This document shows positions 9,522 through 22,123 of a DNA stretch of 64,000 nt, one piece after another. Position numbers and translations under genes: made by a program. The notes under the pieces are model-generated. The model ran no database searches, had not been told where the DNA came from, and saw only the letters and a list, made by a program, of their open reading frames with translations. Numbering within the stretch: position 1 is the first letter of the stretch; each line of letters begins with the position of its first letter. Origin of the DNA: Nemertoderma westbladi (Eukaryota; Animalia; Xenacoelomorpha); contig JAUCBJ010002426.1 of the NCBI GenBank assembly GCA_032718475.1, forward strand, positions 1 through 64,000. The letters are read 5' to 3'.

Positions 9522-12500
9522 TCACGTTGGGGAGTCCCTAGATGTTTGTTGGATTAGGGAGGTGGTCGTGGGAAGAGTATCTTGCCTTCCATAGTTTCCG
9601 GAGAGTTCTCTGTCTCTTTCCAGTAAACATAAATGACCAACTGGGCGATTGAGCTGCTGTGTCTCGAAGACAATTCCCGGTTTCTTAAAGTTACGTCGCA
9701 TGACGACGAGTTCTACCGATTGCACCAAACCATCATCCGAGATATGAGTCTCGATGATACGACCTGTCTGCCACCGCTTACGTGGAAGATCTGAATCCAC
9801 AATAAGGACCATGTCTCCGGCGCTGACGTTTTCTTGCTGCGCAAACCACTTAGTTCGAAGTTGTAGCGTAGGCAGATAATGTTTTTCGAAATTGTCAGCG
9901 AAACGACGGGATAACAACTGCATAAGTTGCCAAGTTTGCCGGCAGTATTCGTCTCCGTCCGTGATTTCCGATCGCGGGAGCATGGCTACAGGTTTCTTCA
10001 GTAGGAAGTGCGTGGGTGTTAGCACTTCCAGGAAATCGGGACTCGATGAGACTGGCATAAGCGGTCTCTCGTTGAGATAGGCGGCGATTTCCTCCATTAA
10101 CGTCCGCAAAAGTTCGTTGGTGAGATACGCGCGGCACAGCACTATAAAGTGAAATGATGTCTTCACGCTCCTGATTAATCTCTCCCAACTTCCTCCCCAC
10201 CAAGGGGCGTCGGCGGCGTTGAAGGTCCAGCTAGACGCTGTTACCCTTAGCTGATCGTCCACCTGTCTTTGATTCCAATCTTTGACGTAAGCCGTGATTT
10301 CATTGTTGGCACCAATGAAGTTCGTTCCCTTATCAGATCTCATCGTGTTACTAGTTCCAAAGCGAGCGATCTGTTGGCGTAAGCTCAATATGAAGCTATT
10401 GGTAGACAAATCGTTCACCATATCGAGATGGATAGCTCTACAAGTCATACAGACAAAGATGACACACCATCTCTTGACTATAGTCCTAGCACGATATACT
10501 TCAATAGGGCCAAATAGATCCACACCGGTATTTGTGAAGGGTGGTTCATAGAAGCTTACTCGTTCCCTAGGTAATTCTGCCTCTCGCTGTGTTAAAGGCC
10601 TACTGAATGCTTTCCTACAGGGTATGCAGTTCCTAAGAACTTGGTTCAGAGCTCTACGGGGTTTATGAAAATAATAGCGAGTTCGAATTTCGCTAAGAAC
10701 TCGTTCTCTACCAGCATGATAAAGCTTACTGTGAACATCTACAATCATCTTGATTTGTATTTCAAGATTTCTAATGAGTATGGGAAACTTAGTGTCAAAG
10801 GATAATGGAGCATTAGTTAGTCTTCCTCCAACACGTATTAACCCATCTATCATTGTGCTAGAGAAACGATCCCTTAAGCGCATCTGTGGATTTCTCAACA
10901 ACAGGAAATACTTATCGGAATCCTCATAGCATTGCAGGAGTCTCAGTATCTGCTTATTGGTTTCTTCATGCTCCTGGTAACTGATCTTCTCCTTCAGAAA
11001 CCTGTCGGATATCTTGTATTTGGGAAGATCTTTAACAACATGGACCTGCGCAGATGTCGGTGGAGCGGTATCACTAGCGGTCTTCGTCCTGGAGTAGTGA
11101 TGATGAAAACATCGCTTTAAATATGCAACGGCCTTACAGAGCCGATTCCAGGAACTATAGTGATGTATCGCTCTCTGCAGGAGAGGTGAGAGTCCTTGCG
11201 AGACGTCTGGTATTCCAGATTTCCAATCTCTCTCTCTCTCTGATTTCCACAACAGACTTATTTGTGGCTGGGGTTTTGGATCCAAAGCGTCGTCTCCGGA
11301 AGTGTGTAGTACAGACAGATCTATCACGGGTTTAAATAACTTCGATTTACTCGCCCGAGTTTTAGGTTTGACTTTCTCCGCTCCCTTGGCCTGTCTAATC
11401 TCCGCCGTAGTAAGATGAGGAGGCCATTCATCCTCTTCTTTGCTTAGGAAGTCGGGTCCACCTAACCAGTCTGGAGTATCTATCAGTTCTTGTGGAGTTG
11501 CTCCCCTGGAGGCGATGTCGGCTGGATTAATCGTCCCGGGGCAATGTCTCCATTGATCTATCTTCGTGCGACTAAGTATAATGGCTACTCTGTTGGTAAC
11601 GAAGACGCTGAACTGACAGACTTCATTGGTTATATACTCCAACACGAGCAAAGCATCGGTCCAATAGACAGTTTTATCCAGTGGATAGTCGATCTGTTCT
11701 GTTACATTCCGGCCGATGGCTGTAGCGTATAGAGCCGCTTTTAACTCCGCTCGAGGAACTTTCAACTTGTTGTTTATCAAGGCCTTAGAGGTAACCAAGG
11801 CGACCTTGATTCCATCCGGAGTTTCAACTCTCAGGTAGGCTACTATACCTATTCCCATATCGCTGGCGTCTCCAAACACATGGAGTTGATAGGAATACGT
11901 AGGGAGAACATGACCAAAATATGAACGGGAAATTATAAAGTTCTCGATGGATGGTAGAGAATCTTCCCATTTCATCCACTTCTTTAATAGTTCTCCCTTA
12001 AGTGGATCGTCCCATGAGTGGTTTTCAAGCCACATTTGTTGTACTAAACTCCGAGCAATCAATATAACTGGGCTAATAAATCCCAATGGATCGAAATAAG
12101 TGCTCAGGATACTTAGACAAATCCGTTTAGTCCGAACTGGATTATCTCGCTGTTTTAACTGGAAAAACAGGATATCTCTCTCTGTGTCCCATTTCAAACC
12201 AAGCGTCTTGGTTTCTGGAAGATCGTCCTTGATTAGGTCTAGATCTTTAACTCCTCGGTCTTCTACCGGGATCGATTCCAGAAACTCACGGGAGTTGCTG
12301 GTGAATTTAGTTAATCGAAATCCACCTCTTTTCAAGCACTCTACCGTTCCTTTAGCGACATCAATGGCTTCTTCCACTGATGGCAGGGACTTTAAATTGT
12401 CGTCCATGTATATATCCCGTTTGATGTTGTCGATAACCTCCTTAGAGAAGGCGTCCCGGTTGTCATCAGCAGTGGTGCGCACTACTGAGCAGGCGTTTGA

Positions 12501-12752
12501 AGGGCTCGAGATGATCCCAAAAGCCTGGATGGTCATCCAGTACTCCACCGGTTTCTGGTTGAAGTCTCCTTCAGGCCACCACAGAAATCGTAGGCTGTCT
12601 CGATCCCTATCCAGTGCCTTAACTTGTAAGAACCTGCCTTCTATATCGGAGGCGAAGGCGATTGAATATTGTCGTAATCTTAAGAGTATTCCCAACAAGG
12701 ATTGGAGTAAGTTGGGTCCTGGCAACAACTCGGAGTTAAGGGATTGGCCCAT
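9522..12752 (-). CDS. pol: E1 pol: RT-RNase H-integrase (open for 1076 codons)
   Basis: LNSELLPGPNL, SDIEG, YMDD, FDPLG, FGDAS, PRAEL, NPADIASRG, HHCC (H..H..CIPC), GVDLFGP, SDKGTNF, GGSWERLIRSVK. Confidence 0.92.
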   Translation of the reverse strand: MGQSLNSELLPGPNLLQSLLGILLRLRQYSIAFASDIEGRFLQVKALDRDRDSLRFLWWPEGDFNQKPVEYWMTIQAFGIISSPSNACSVVRTTADDNRDAFSKEVIDNIKRDIYMDDNLKSLPSVEEAIDVAKGTVECLKRGGFRLTKFTSNSREFLESIPVEDRGVKDLDLIKDDLPETKTLGLKWDTERDILFFQLKQRDNPVRTKRICLSILSTYFDPLGFISPVILIARSLVQQMWLENHSWDDPLKGELLKKWMKWEDSLPSIENFIISRSYFGHVLPTYSYQLHVFGDASDMGIGIVAYLRVETPDGIKVALVTSKALINNKLKVPRAELKAALYATAIGRNVTEQIDYPLDKTVYWTDALLVLEYITNEVCQFSVFVTNRVAIILSRTKIDQWRHCPGTINPADIASRGATPQELIDTPDWLGGPDFLSKEEDEWPPHLTTAEIRQAKGAEKVKPKTRASKSKLFKPVIDLSVLHTSGDDALDPKPQPQISLLWKSERERDWKSGIPDVSQGLSPLLQRAIHHYSSWNRLCKAVAYLKRCFHHHYSRTKTASDTAPPTSAQVHVVKDLPKYKISDRFLKEKISYQEHEETNKQILRLLQCYEDSDKYFLLLRNPQMRLRDRFSSTMIDGLIRVGGRLTNAPLSFDTKFPILIRNLEIQIKMIVDVHSKLYHAGRERVLSEIRTRYYFHKPRRALNQVLRNCIPCRKAFSRPLTQREAELPRERVSFYEPPFTNTGVDLFGPIEVYRARTIVKRWCVIFVCMTCRAIHLDMVNDLSTNSFILSLRQQIARFGTSNTMRSDKGTNFIGANNEITAYVKDWNQRQVDDQLRVTASSWTFNAADAPWWGGSWERLIRSVKTSFHFIVLCRAYLTNELLRTLMEEIAAYLNERPLMPVSSSPDFLEVLTPTHFLLKKPVAMLPRSEITDGDEYCRQTWQLMQLLSRRFADNFEKHYLPTLQLRTKWFAQQENVSAGDMVLIVDSDLPRKRWQTGRIIETHISDDGLVQSVELVVMRRNFKKPGIVFETQQLNRPVGHLCLLERDRELSGNYGRQDTLPTTTSLIQQTSRDSPT

Positions 12753-12775
12753 GTAGAGGGCGGAGCCGTCAAATA

Positions 12776-15700
12776 CTACCCGGACTTCGTTGGGTTTACC
12801 GGGTTTGGGAACGTATGGTGTGTTAAATAGTACATTCTCTCAGTTATGGGTGTCCCTTCCGGTACTCGCTCCGCATATCCCTTGTCAATGAATTTCTTCA
12901 GCTGGGTCTTGTACATCTCCTTAGCTGAAGCGTTTGCCGTAAGACGTCGATGTAGTTGCGCAATTCTCTTCTCCGCCAAGGGTCGGTTGTTTATAAAATT
13001 GGGTTCTCGCCGTCGGAAAGGCAGACCAATCTCATACCTACCTTGATCTTTAAGAAAACGTGTAGTTGTTTCCTGTATCTGCTTGGCTCTTTCTTCTTCT
13101 ACCGATAGGGCCTTATTGTAGGAATTGGGCTCTATAGCCTCTTGAGTAAAGAATCGTATGGCGTGTTCATCACGAGTCTTCGCGTTGTGGCGATCTATTA
13201 CTTCATTAAGTTCGTCGTTGTAATCGACTTGTCCCGCTGGACGAATGAGGTGACATAGGTTCACTTGGTTTTGCCAAGTTTCATTTTCCGTAAGGAGGTC
13301 GATGGTATTCTCCTTGTCGAAGAGTTGGTGGATATCGTCATTATCTGAGGAGTATGGTATTCCCTCAGTTGGGTCGTCTCCCTCACTGATCTCATCTTCC
13401 CATTCACTCACCTGGTAGACTCTTTCTTTGGGTAGCCTTTCCATGAGAGTTCTACGGGAAGGGCCAGTAAATTACCAACCTACTCTAGTTCTTCCCGCAT
13501 AGGTTTGTAGTGGTTGCGGTTGAGCAGGCAGTTTCTCCAATGTCTCAAGCGCCTCATGCGCATTTTGGCCGATGAGTATTTGTACTCCAGGGTAGTCTGT
13601 GTTGAATCTAGGTATCTTATGCTGCTGGGTGAAATCGTCCTCATCCCAGTTATAAGGTTCCACTTGGCTGGTAGCGAAGTTCTTTATCGCCACCATTTTT
13701 ACTGACCTTATGCTGTGTTCTCCTAGTTCATCCTGGGGGGTGGACAACGCGCCTACATAGTAATCTGTAGTTACTGTAGATTTCCAAACCTGCATAATTC
13801 CTGACATGTTCAACTTAGTTCGGAACTTGGGTTGTCCAGCAAAGATGTCTTCGGCTAGTTCTTTGTCGATGAATGTTCCTGTGCTGCCGGAGTCAAGGAG
13901 GGCATTCACTATATAGCTCTTTGCTGGCCCGTGGACTCTCAACTGCACTACGGGAAATTCTCGGATTCCTAAGTTGGAAGTTGGTGCTTTCCAAGATGGT
14001 TGTCGGTCAGGAGTAGTTAGGGGGAACTCACTATCGGTTTCCTTTTCATACGTAAGTGCTCGATACACTGCGGTATTTATTAGGTAACAGGATTCGTTTT
14101 CGTCGGAGAATTCATCCGTATAGAATCCTTCCATCTCAGAACTTTGGTCAGTTTCGTTCACATCACTGAATTGGACATGTAGTTCGGAATCACTTACCTG
14201 ACTCGGGCTGTTTCTTTCGAATTCAGTGTGCAACAAGATATGATGTTTCGCGCCGCACTTTGCACACCTTACGTCGGAGTAACAGGTTCGCCGTTGGTGT
14301 CCTCGTCTGAGACAATTATAACACAACTGCTTATCCCACATGACATCACGTCTATCCTTTAGGGATTTCTTTAAGAATTCATCACACCCACTCAAGCGAT
14401 GGGGCCCGTCATACAATACACATTTGGGCTTGATGTTACTTACCTTAACCTGTGCTGTGTGGTGCACACTTGTTCCTTCCTCGGACTTTCTTCCATGAAT
14501 TCTTTTAGGAGACGTAGGAGAAGTTGTTGTTACCTGTTCTCTCCTGTCACTGGTTCGAGACTTAAATTTACTTACGTCTTTAGGTACTTTGTTGACATAA
14601 TAAGATCTTTTGGTGTCTTTCCCGCTGTTCTCCTCATGGGAGGTTTGGTCTTTGCCGTCGTCTGTATAACACACTGGTGTTACCTTTCACCTAGAAACGG
14701 AATTTTCACTTACCTCACTTTCAGGAGTCTTCTCTCTAGACTGTTTTAGGAGTTGTAATCTTACCTCTCGGTTTAAGAATGACAGAAGGTCCGTCATGGT
14801 TGGATCTCTATGTTGTTGGTCCATCAAATAGAGAACCTTTTTGTCCCAGCGAGTACCTACTTCACTCTTTGGCAAAGCTGATGCTAAGGCTCCTACAACC
14901 ATAGAATTCTGGTATTCATGAGACTTACCTAACCAATCTAGTTGTCTACAGATCTCCTGAATCTCATCAGAAAAATCCCGCTGCTAAGGAACTTTCGGGG
15001 CGCTACTAATTTCGCATACAAATACCTAGCTATGTTTGTCCTATTACCATACCTGATGTTTAGTGTATCCCAAACTTGTCTTCATCCATCTGGATGTCCA
15101 ATAAACTTTAACGCCATTAACTTGGGAGGTCCTTCCAAACACTCGATGAGGAATCTAAGTTTCTCTCCGTTAGATAGTACAGAGTTCTGTATGTTATCTT
15201 TGTAATATTCATTAAAAGGTAACCATTTCATCTCATCTCCATTGAACTTGACGATCTCTCCCACCTTTACCGCTTGACGGGCTTCGGTTCTAGCCATTTG
15301 ACGCGTAAAACTTTCTTGGGCCATCGTATTATTTAATATCGAGTTATTGGTATATAAATTTCTTGGATTATTATCAGGTCTATATGGAATATCATTGTCA
15401 ACAGGTTTATAATTACCTTTAATAGGGTTTACTATAGGAGTTTCTACTTCACTAGCAGTATAGATGCGTGTAGGCTCCACACCTTGCGCATGAAATACTT
15501 CAGACCTAACAGGTTGACACATTGTTACAGGGGGTGGTGGTATACCCTTTTGTGTATTTACTAATTTATCGCGTTCTAACACGATACTCTGCTGCACTTC
15601 TTGCAACTCTAACCTACTTTCCCTTACTGTTCCTTTGAACTGTTGAACAGTCTCCTGCATCTGCCCGAGCAGGAGATCCATCCCCCGCCGTCTCTCATCC

Positions 15701-17447
15701 ACCCACTCGACCGCCGAAGCGGGAGCCGCCAACATAGTAGCAGGTAGACGAGGGACAACGGGCGACAAATCATTGATATTTCGCTCGGAGTCCAGGACAG
15801 GAACTGTCTCGAGGGCGGTTCTGCTGGGCACAGGTAGTTTAGTGCTGTGCAAAGGGAATTTAGAGGTAGGTTCTGGGAGTACAGGTGTCTCTATCACCGA
15901 AGGGGTGGCTTCGAGAACAGGCCTAATTATTTCAGGCTCATCTACTATAGTAGGGAGTCTTTCTACTCTAATAATTTGGTCTGTGGGTTCTGTACTACCT
16001 AAGTCTGTGTTAGCTAGTTGCCTTTTCACAGCTGGGGGCAAATCAGGCAATTTCTGACGGTGAGGCATTCTTCTACGTCTGTTGGAACGAGATCTATATC
16101 CTCCAGCTTCAGGATCGGTGGTATCGCCTTCATCCGATGATGTAAAGCCCTGTCGCTTGGGGGTGGATCGACTTATGATCTGCATTTGACTAGCTGTTAA
16201 CTGTATATTTATATAGTCTTGCTCCTCTTGAAGATTTTCCAACTCTAGTTGGGTGGTCTCTTCAGACGCCCTCCGTTCTGCTTCTGCCACTGCCATTGCC
16301 ACTTTCTTTCTGTCTTCTATACGTTTTTTCTTTACTTGTTCTTCTTGGACCCTAGCGATGTGGAGTCTTTCATCAAATTTAGCTTGGTTCGCAGCTAACA
16401 TTTCCGCATCTATTGCGTCCAACACAAACTTGGCTCCTTCACTATTAGGACGAAGTCCAGCCAGCCTTCTCCTCAACTCTTCATCACCTAGAAATCGTTA
16501 TTAGTCTGACAGATAGATGTCAATAGCATCCTTCTTCTGCGGTTTCTCTGCTGTCGCTTCGCTTTCCACTTGAGAAAAGGTAGCGTCTGTTGATTCTCCA
16601 TGGGTTGAGCGCTCAGCCAGCTGAGATTTCCACTGGGCCATTCCTTGAACCTTGAGACCCACCCGCTGGAACCAAGTCTTTACGGCAACTTGCTACGACG
16701 TGTCTTGGGTTCTCTTCGAAGCTTTCTCAAATGCTGATAGGAGTAGTCTGATTCTTAGGATTCTTACTCGAACTTGATAAAGCAGCTCTCCCTGCTCTTG
16801 AGGTCCTTGGGGTTGTTGAAACAGTTGTTCCTCTAATCGCTCCAAAGAGCTGAAGAATCCCTGTACGTATCCTGCTGCCGACCTCTTCCATACAGCTGGA
16901 TCACTAGTATCCTTTGTCACTCCCATACTGTATAAGTCTTCCCAGGCAGCTTCCGATAAGTTAAACGGGAGTCCGGGTCCGGGAAAGTTCCATTGCGACT
17001 CGACAATAGACTTCAGTTCCTCCCTTGTGTATCCCGCATAACTGTCCTTGGTCGATCGCTTACTTCTCGCCCAATCAATTTGGTGTTCCTCCACCGCAAT
17101 CAATACCCTAGTGAGTACGGCTGCAGGAAGAATGAGAAGGGGATCCGAATAAACCGCATCTGCCATCTTTGCTCTGCGCTCGGGTGTCAGCTCTACAGTA
17201 TCCGAACTACTGGAGCTATCGGGCTGCTGAGAAATAAGTTCTCGGCTCGAGTGTTGCTGCTGTTTAACAGCTGCTTCTTGGTCCCGCTTGACTTGAGCCC
17301 GATTGCCTATGATAGACCTACGGTGTTGGACTAGCCTAGTCTGGGAGGTGAGTTGAACTTCGGTCTCAAACGTTCCGCACTCCTATCTGGGTCACAGATG
17401 GTTGTATCTAGGAGACTGTCTGACAGGTTTTGCTTTGTGTCAGACAT
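12776..17447 (-). pseudogene. gag: E1 gag-protease region, disrupted
   Basis: Starts MSDTKQNLSDSLL (homologous to E2 MADTRQTLSDSLL); knuckles CYNC..GH..C and CAKC..HH; protease ALLDSGS; stops or frameshifts near 17331, 16693, 16500, 15082, 14980, 14687, 13472 and 12780. Confidence 0.88.
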
Positions 17448-19432
17448 GTTTGTTTGTACAGTTGAATGCCTACTGCTATAATTACAGTTAAAGCAAGTCT
17501 AGTAATTCAGTATCAACTGTTAGCCTAGTAGTTAATTACCGATATCGTTACTCAGTGTAACGTGATATATATACAATATATTAGAATACCGGTATACACT
17601 TATAGCATATATAAGTATTATTAAGGATCGGATATTAGGGTTCGTCACAGAATACCGGTATATAATTTCAGCGCAAATATATAGAAATATATAATAAGCC
17701 TACTGTGAATACCGGTATACAGCATACACTTATAGTGTATATAAATATAAGTATAATTATAGACTAGAATTAATTACAGAATACCGGTATATAATTTCAG
17801 CTTAAATTTATAGAAATAAATATAATAAGCCTATCGTAAATACCGGTACATCAATTATTTTAGAATAATTGAATTTTTGAATTTTTAGGGTTACTTAGTT
17901 ACTTTACTTTACTTTATTACCGTTATTTAAGCAGTAGTCCAACTGATATTAAGACCTAATTGTTGTATGACAGACCTACTATTTTATAAATCGTTTGAGT
18001 TGATTTATAATATATATACCCGCTTAATGGGTTTTTTGACAATATTTGAAATAAATGTTATTATTTCTGGGAAGGGGTCACTACACAGAAGCTGTACGCT
18101 CTCAGTGAAGTGCTACTTGTTGGACACTAAAACAAATAATTCTACTTGCCTAAGTTACTTATTACTACAAATTACGTACAATACGGGGTGAGATTACAAT
18201 CTCTAAATAAACACAAAAAATTACACGTACGAATTTTTAGGGTTAATTTTACAAGAAATCTACAAACCAGCCTAACAAGGGGTTAGAATTTCTGGTTATT
18301 ACAAACGGACAGGATACTACGGTATTTGAAAATAATAAAACAGTAGTATATATATTGCGTTGTCCAGATAGGAAATTACCACCATCTGACGACTTATAGC
18401 CGTAGCGCTATAAGTACTACATTATGTACCCGGAGTGTTCCTACCTAGAAGTTAATTACCGCAGCCTACTATAGCTAACGTGCCTATTAACCACTTTACA
18501 ACACAACTATACTGCCTATACACTAATTACCTTCGGAAAGCACTGTACACTAAACCCTAAATTAGGTACAAGTACTTATACAACAAATAACCAGCAGTTA
18601 AAAATACATTGTACAGCTAAACGGTATCTGCCGGAGTGACCAGAGCATAAAATCACCAGTCTTTACCTACGCCGAGCAGCCCTGATGTAGTACCGGGGTT
18701 AATTTAACTATAACGGTATGTATAACAAGCACAATTACTGTAGGAATGAACTTGGGGTTGTGAATGTTGCGAATAATCGCATAAACTCTGAATAATAAAT
18801 ATTACGCTACCCGTACAGACTACACAAACAAAATACAGACCAAACGCTGGCAGACTACTATCAAGCCTAAATAAACTACAGTATATGCAGACTCCGAAAT
18901 GGTTAGTTAGTATGCGTTCTAACCGAGTAGTACGACTTATTCTTTCGGGGGGGGGGGGGGGGGGGATTTACCTTACAGCACTGGATGCCCCCACGTTCCT
19001 AACTAGTACTTTATCGGACATACACTCTACGCACACTGCAATCTCTTCAGACCTAACAACAGCCAGACAACAATCCAGCCTACAAATTATTTATACAATC
19101 TGAGCAGGCTTACACGCCTTCTGCTCAATATTAACTTACAAATAAATAAAACTGACAGAAATAAGTAAAATCCCAATAAAAAACCATGGCGCCGTCCCTG
19201 ATTAAATATCAAGACCTACCGGTATATAATTATCACAATCGAATAATACTGATGTACCTGTACTGCTGTAAGTACCGGTTCGGGTGGTTAGGCAGTCAGG
19301 CCTACTGGTTACCGGTCGACCGGTACTTTTCGACTTTATTGCCTACGTTGCAATAAAGAAATTATAACTGTTATTGTTCTTACCAGAACAATAGACAACT
19401 ATATTTATTGCCTACACTGCAATCTGAAACAA

Positions 19433-19443
19433 ATAACTGTTAT
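19433..19443 (-). other. E1 non-tRNA primer-binding site ATAACAGTTAT
   Basis: Abuts the 5' LTR; exact complement ATAACTGTTAT on the element strand at 20178-20188 inside the LTR. Confidence 0.7.
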
Positions 19444-20624
19444 TGTTCGCGCTTTTAGACCTTTAGCAGTTTAACCTGCCAAATTTAGGTGTCTTCTAGG
19501 TTATAAATCGACTTTAGCCTATAACAAGTATTTGATACACATAAAGTTACATTAGCCGAAGCCAGCCTATGCGCGATCATTCACCCACGGTTAAGGGAGA
19601 CTGGATTCGGATGCTCTGACCTTATTGCGGTGTAGGCTTACTGTACTATTCGATTGATCGTTAATATATAATCTCTGACAAATATTATTCACTTTCGGGA
19701 AATATTAACAGTTCCTTTAGGACGTGGCGCTCTAAGTATGTAAACAGAGTTATGACTTACACTAAACACAACGGGATGGCTATTGATTTACGTATAAGGC
19801 GCATTCATTAGGAAATGCTTTGTTATCTGTCACACTCATACACACTACCTCACACTGCTGCACACTGATCTGCCGACCTTCACTAAATTTGATCATATAT
19901 AAGGAGAACAGCAACTGACACATGTAGGGTCTATGAAATAGCATTCAATTCACTCCAAAACCACTATAATGTAAGTCGCAATTGCTATCTGTAACCGGTC
20001 TCTCTAACCTTCAGTATATCAAGAAGATTGGGGTTTTCTGATTATTTGTCGATATTCTCCAAATATAACAACATATTCATCAACTGATAACAATTAATAA
20101 CCGACAGTAAATAGCAGTAAAATAATGCGGTGAAAGGTATGTATAGTATGATATGATAGGTATGACAATATGGTTTGATAACAGTTATACGTTTCTATAA
20201 TCAAAGCCGTTCTAATGTTTGGCTAAAGTCTGAAACACAGAATAATTCCACAGCCGATGTTCTGGGCTCAGGAAAAAAGGTAAACAAAGACCATAATGCA
20301 TTGCGCGATTTCCCGGAGGCTTCTGTGCAAATAAAATGAAAATCGCTCTGATTGGTCGAGCCGAACAAAGAACAAAGAAAAGCTCCACGTGGACATATCA
20401 GCTGATAGATGTCGTCATCTGAACTACACTGTATTAAGATTATTATGGCGTATTGCGGCATAAAAATGGCTTGTTATGTCCGCTAAAGTACACATACAGA
20501 AAAATGGCTTTTTATGTTCACTAAAACACCTACACAGTAAGAAAACGGCTTTTTATGTCCGCTAAAACACCTACAGAGTACTTTGCGGGAAAAATGACTA
20601 GCTAGATCCGCAAAAGCCTTTACA
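19444..20624 (-). repeat. E1 5' LTR
   Basis: Direct repeat of 2294-3474; flanked by TSD CAGAT. Confidence 0.95.
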
Positions 20625-20665
20625 CAGATAGTGGCGCACATTGACCGCAAATGAAATAATGTATA

Positions 20666-20718
20666 GTTTATTGTTTTGGTTAGACAACACCGCCACTGTA
20701 ACCTGCTCCTTTCCCTTA
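20666..20718. repeat. Isolated monomer of the 68-bp tandem repeat found at 60049-60975
   Basis: gtttattgttttggttaga...ctgtaacctgctcctttccct matches the array unit. Confidence 0.7.
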
Positions 20719-22123
20719 ATGTTTTTAATTAAATTAAATTAATTTTTTCTAACTCACTATTCTTTATTTTGTGTTTGCGATCATTTTGCGCCATTGACTC
20801 AAAAATACAGTAGCGAAGTCGAAGCAAATTTATGAAATTGTATTATGTATTGTCCTATCATATAGTTACTGTAGTTGTCACGCTCTGATATTTTTAAACA
20901 TATGTATATTCAATCCATTAAAGGAATTTCTATTGCTGTGGACGTTAAGAAAGACACTGAAATATTAAATAACTTTCAGTACCGGGTATGTAATTTACTG
21001 TAGACTGTAATAATAATTATAGAATTCCACAATATATAGATATGACGTATAAAAATAAAAGAAATCTTACAGTAAAATTCTCGCTTGTAAACTATTTATG
21101 ATACAAGTCATATCATCTGTTGACTCACGAACAATTTCGTTGCGAACTCTCCCGATAAATTACTTTTGGTGGGGACACCGTTGCCAAAGGCGCACCGATT
21201 GCTGTACGTCTCTATGTCGTCGTTTGATGTTTACAGAGAAACAAAAGCAATCGAGCTGTCGAGTTGAAACTGTGTAGATACCGGTAAGGCCAACTGTTGA
21301 GATTTTTCCATAATTTCTTTCACATATCATCAGAGCAAAGTCCGGTTTTTGAGAAGCCTACAAGCCGCACGAAAAAATTATATAATACTGTAAGTTAATA
21401 TGGTTATTACAATAGAAACTTAGTACTAAACGGCTACATTCACAATCTACACTCAGGCATAGGCTACTGTTGTAGGCCTCTCTCAGTTTCATGTAAAAAA
21501 ATTCAATTATTTCTTCCATTAATTATTGCCTCAACAGATTGCCTCAACATTCAGTAGTTATAGCCGGTTTCCAATAAAGTAGCAATTACACTGTGCACAG
21601 TAGTATAAAGTGACAGGGTTTTTAAAAGGGTTTTTATTCTTAAAATAGGCCGCCTGCCTAATAAAACTACAGTACATATGGAAAATGAATAAAAGTATTT
21701 TTCCCGCCAACCCTGAAACTTGCCAAGCCTATCTCAGCGCGAGGAATATTTATAACGCAAAAATACAGTAATATTATTATTATTTATTAGGAACGTGCAA
21801 CGTAAAAAGGGAAATTCGAAGGACGGATTTATTTTTGGATTATTATTATTATTACAATTTATTTTCCTTCTCTCTAAATCGCTGATCCTTTTCGCTATTC
21901 TTCACAATTCCGTCAGGGTGTTTACGAATTGCGTGTCTCCGTACTAATTAATTTTTTAAAGCTGTATAATGATTGTAAAAAATCGTGGAAAATTTCTTCC
22001 GTATAGTTAACATCCCCAAATTCTTCACTACTATACTGTACTGTAAGATTTTATTCATTTTTTTCCTGTTAGATTAAAGTTCACTTTTTACAATTTTGTT
22101 TTACAACATTTGCTCCTCCCACA

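Larger units (their letters stand above)
2294..20624 (-). mobile_element. BEL/Pao LTR retrotransposon E1 (18.3 kb) with extra 3' ORF
   Basis: Two 1181-bp TG...CA LTRs; TSD CAGAT at 2289-2293 and 20625-20629; gag with Cys/His knuckles, then PR-RT-RNaseH-IN with BEL-type motifs. Confidence 0.95.

Noticed and set aside
12100-12756. 218-aa plus-strand ORF and similar antisense ORFs over gag/pol
   Set aside because: Shadow frames of real minus-strand coding sequence, with no motifs
16693-16695. Programmed readthrough at TAG-CAA in E1 gag
   Set aside because: Several other stops and frameshifts surround it, so simple decay is more parsimonious
19380-19443. Canonical tRNA PBS for E1, E2 or E3
   Set aside because: No TGG within a few nt of any 5' LTR end; the nearest in E1 is ~60 nt away within a hairpin
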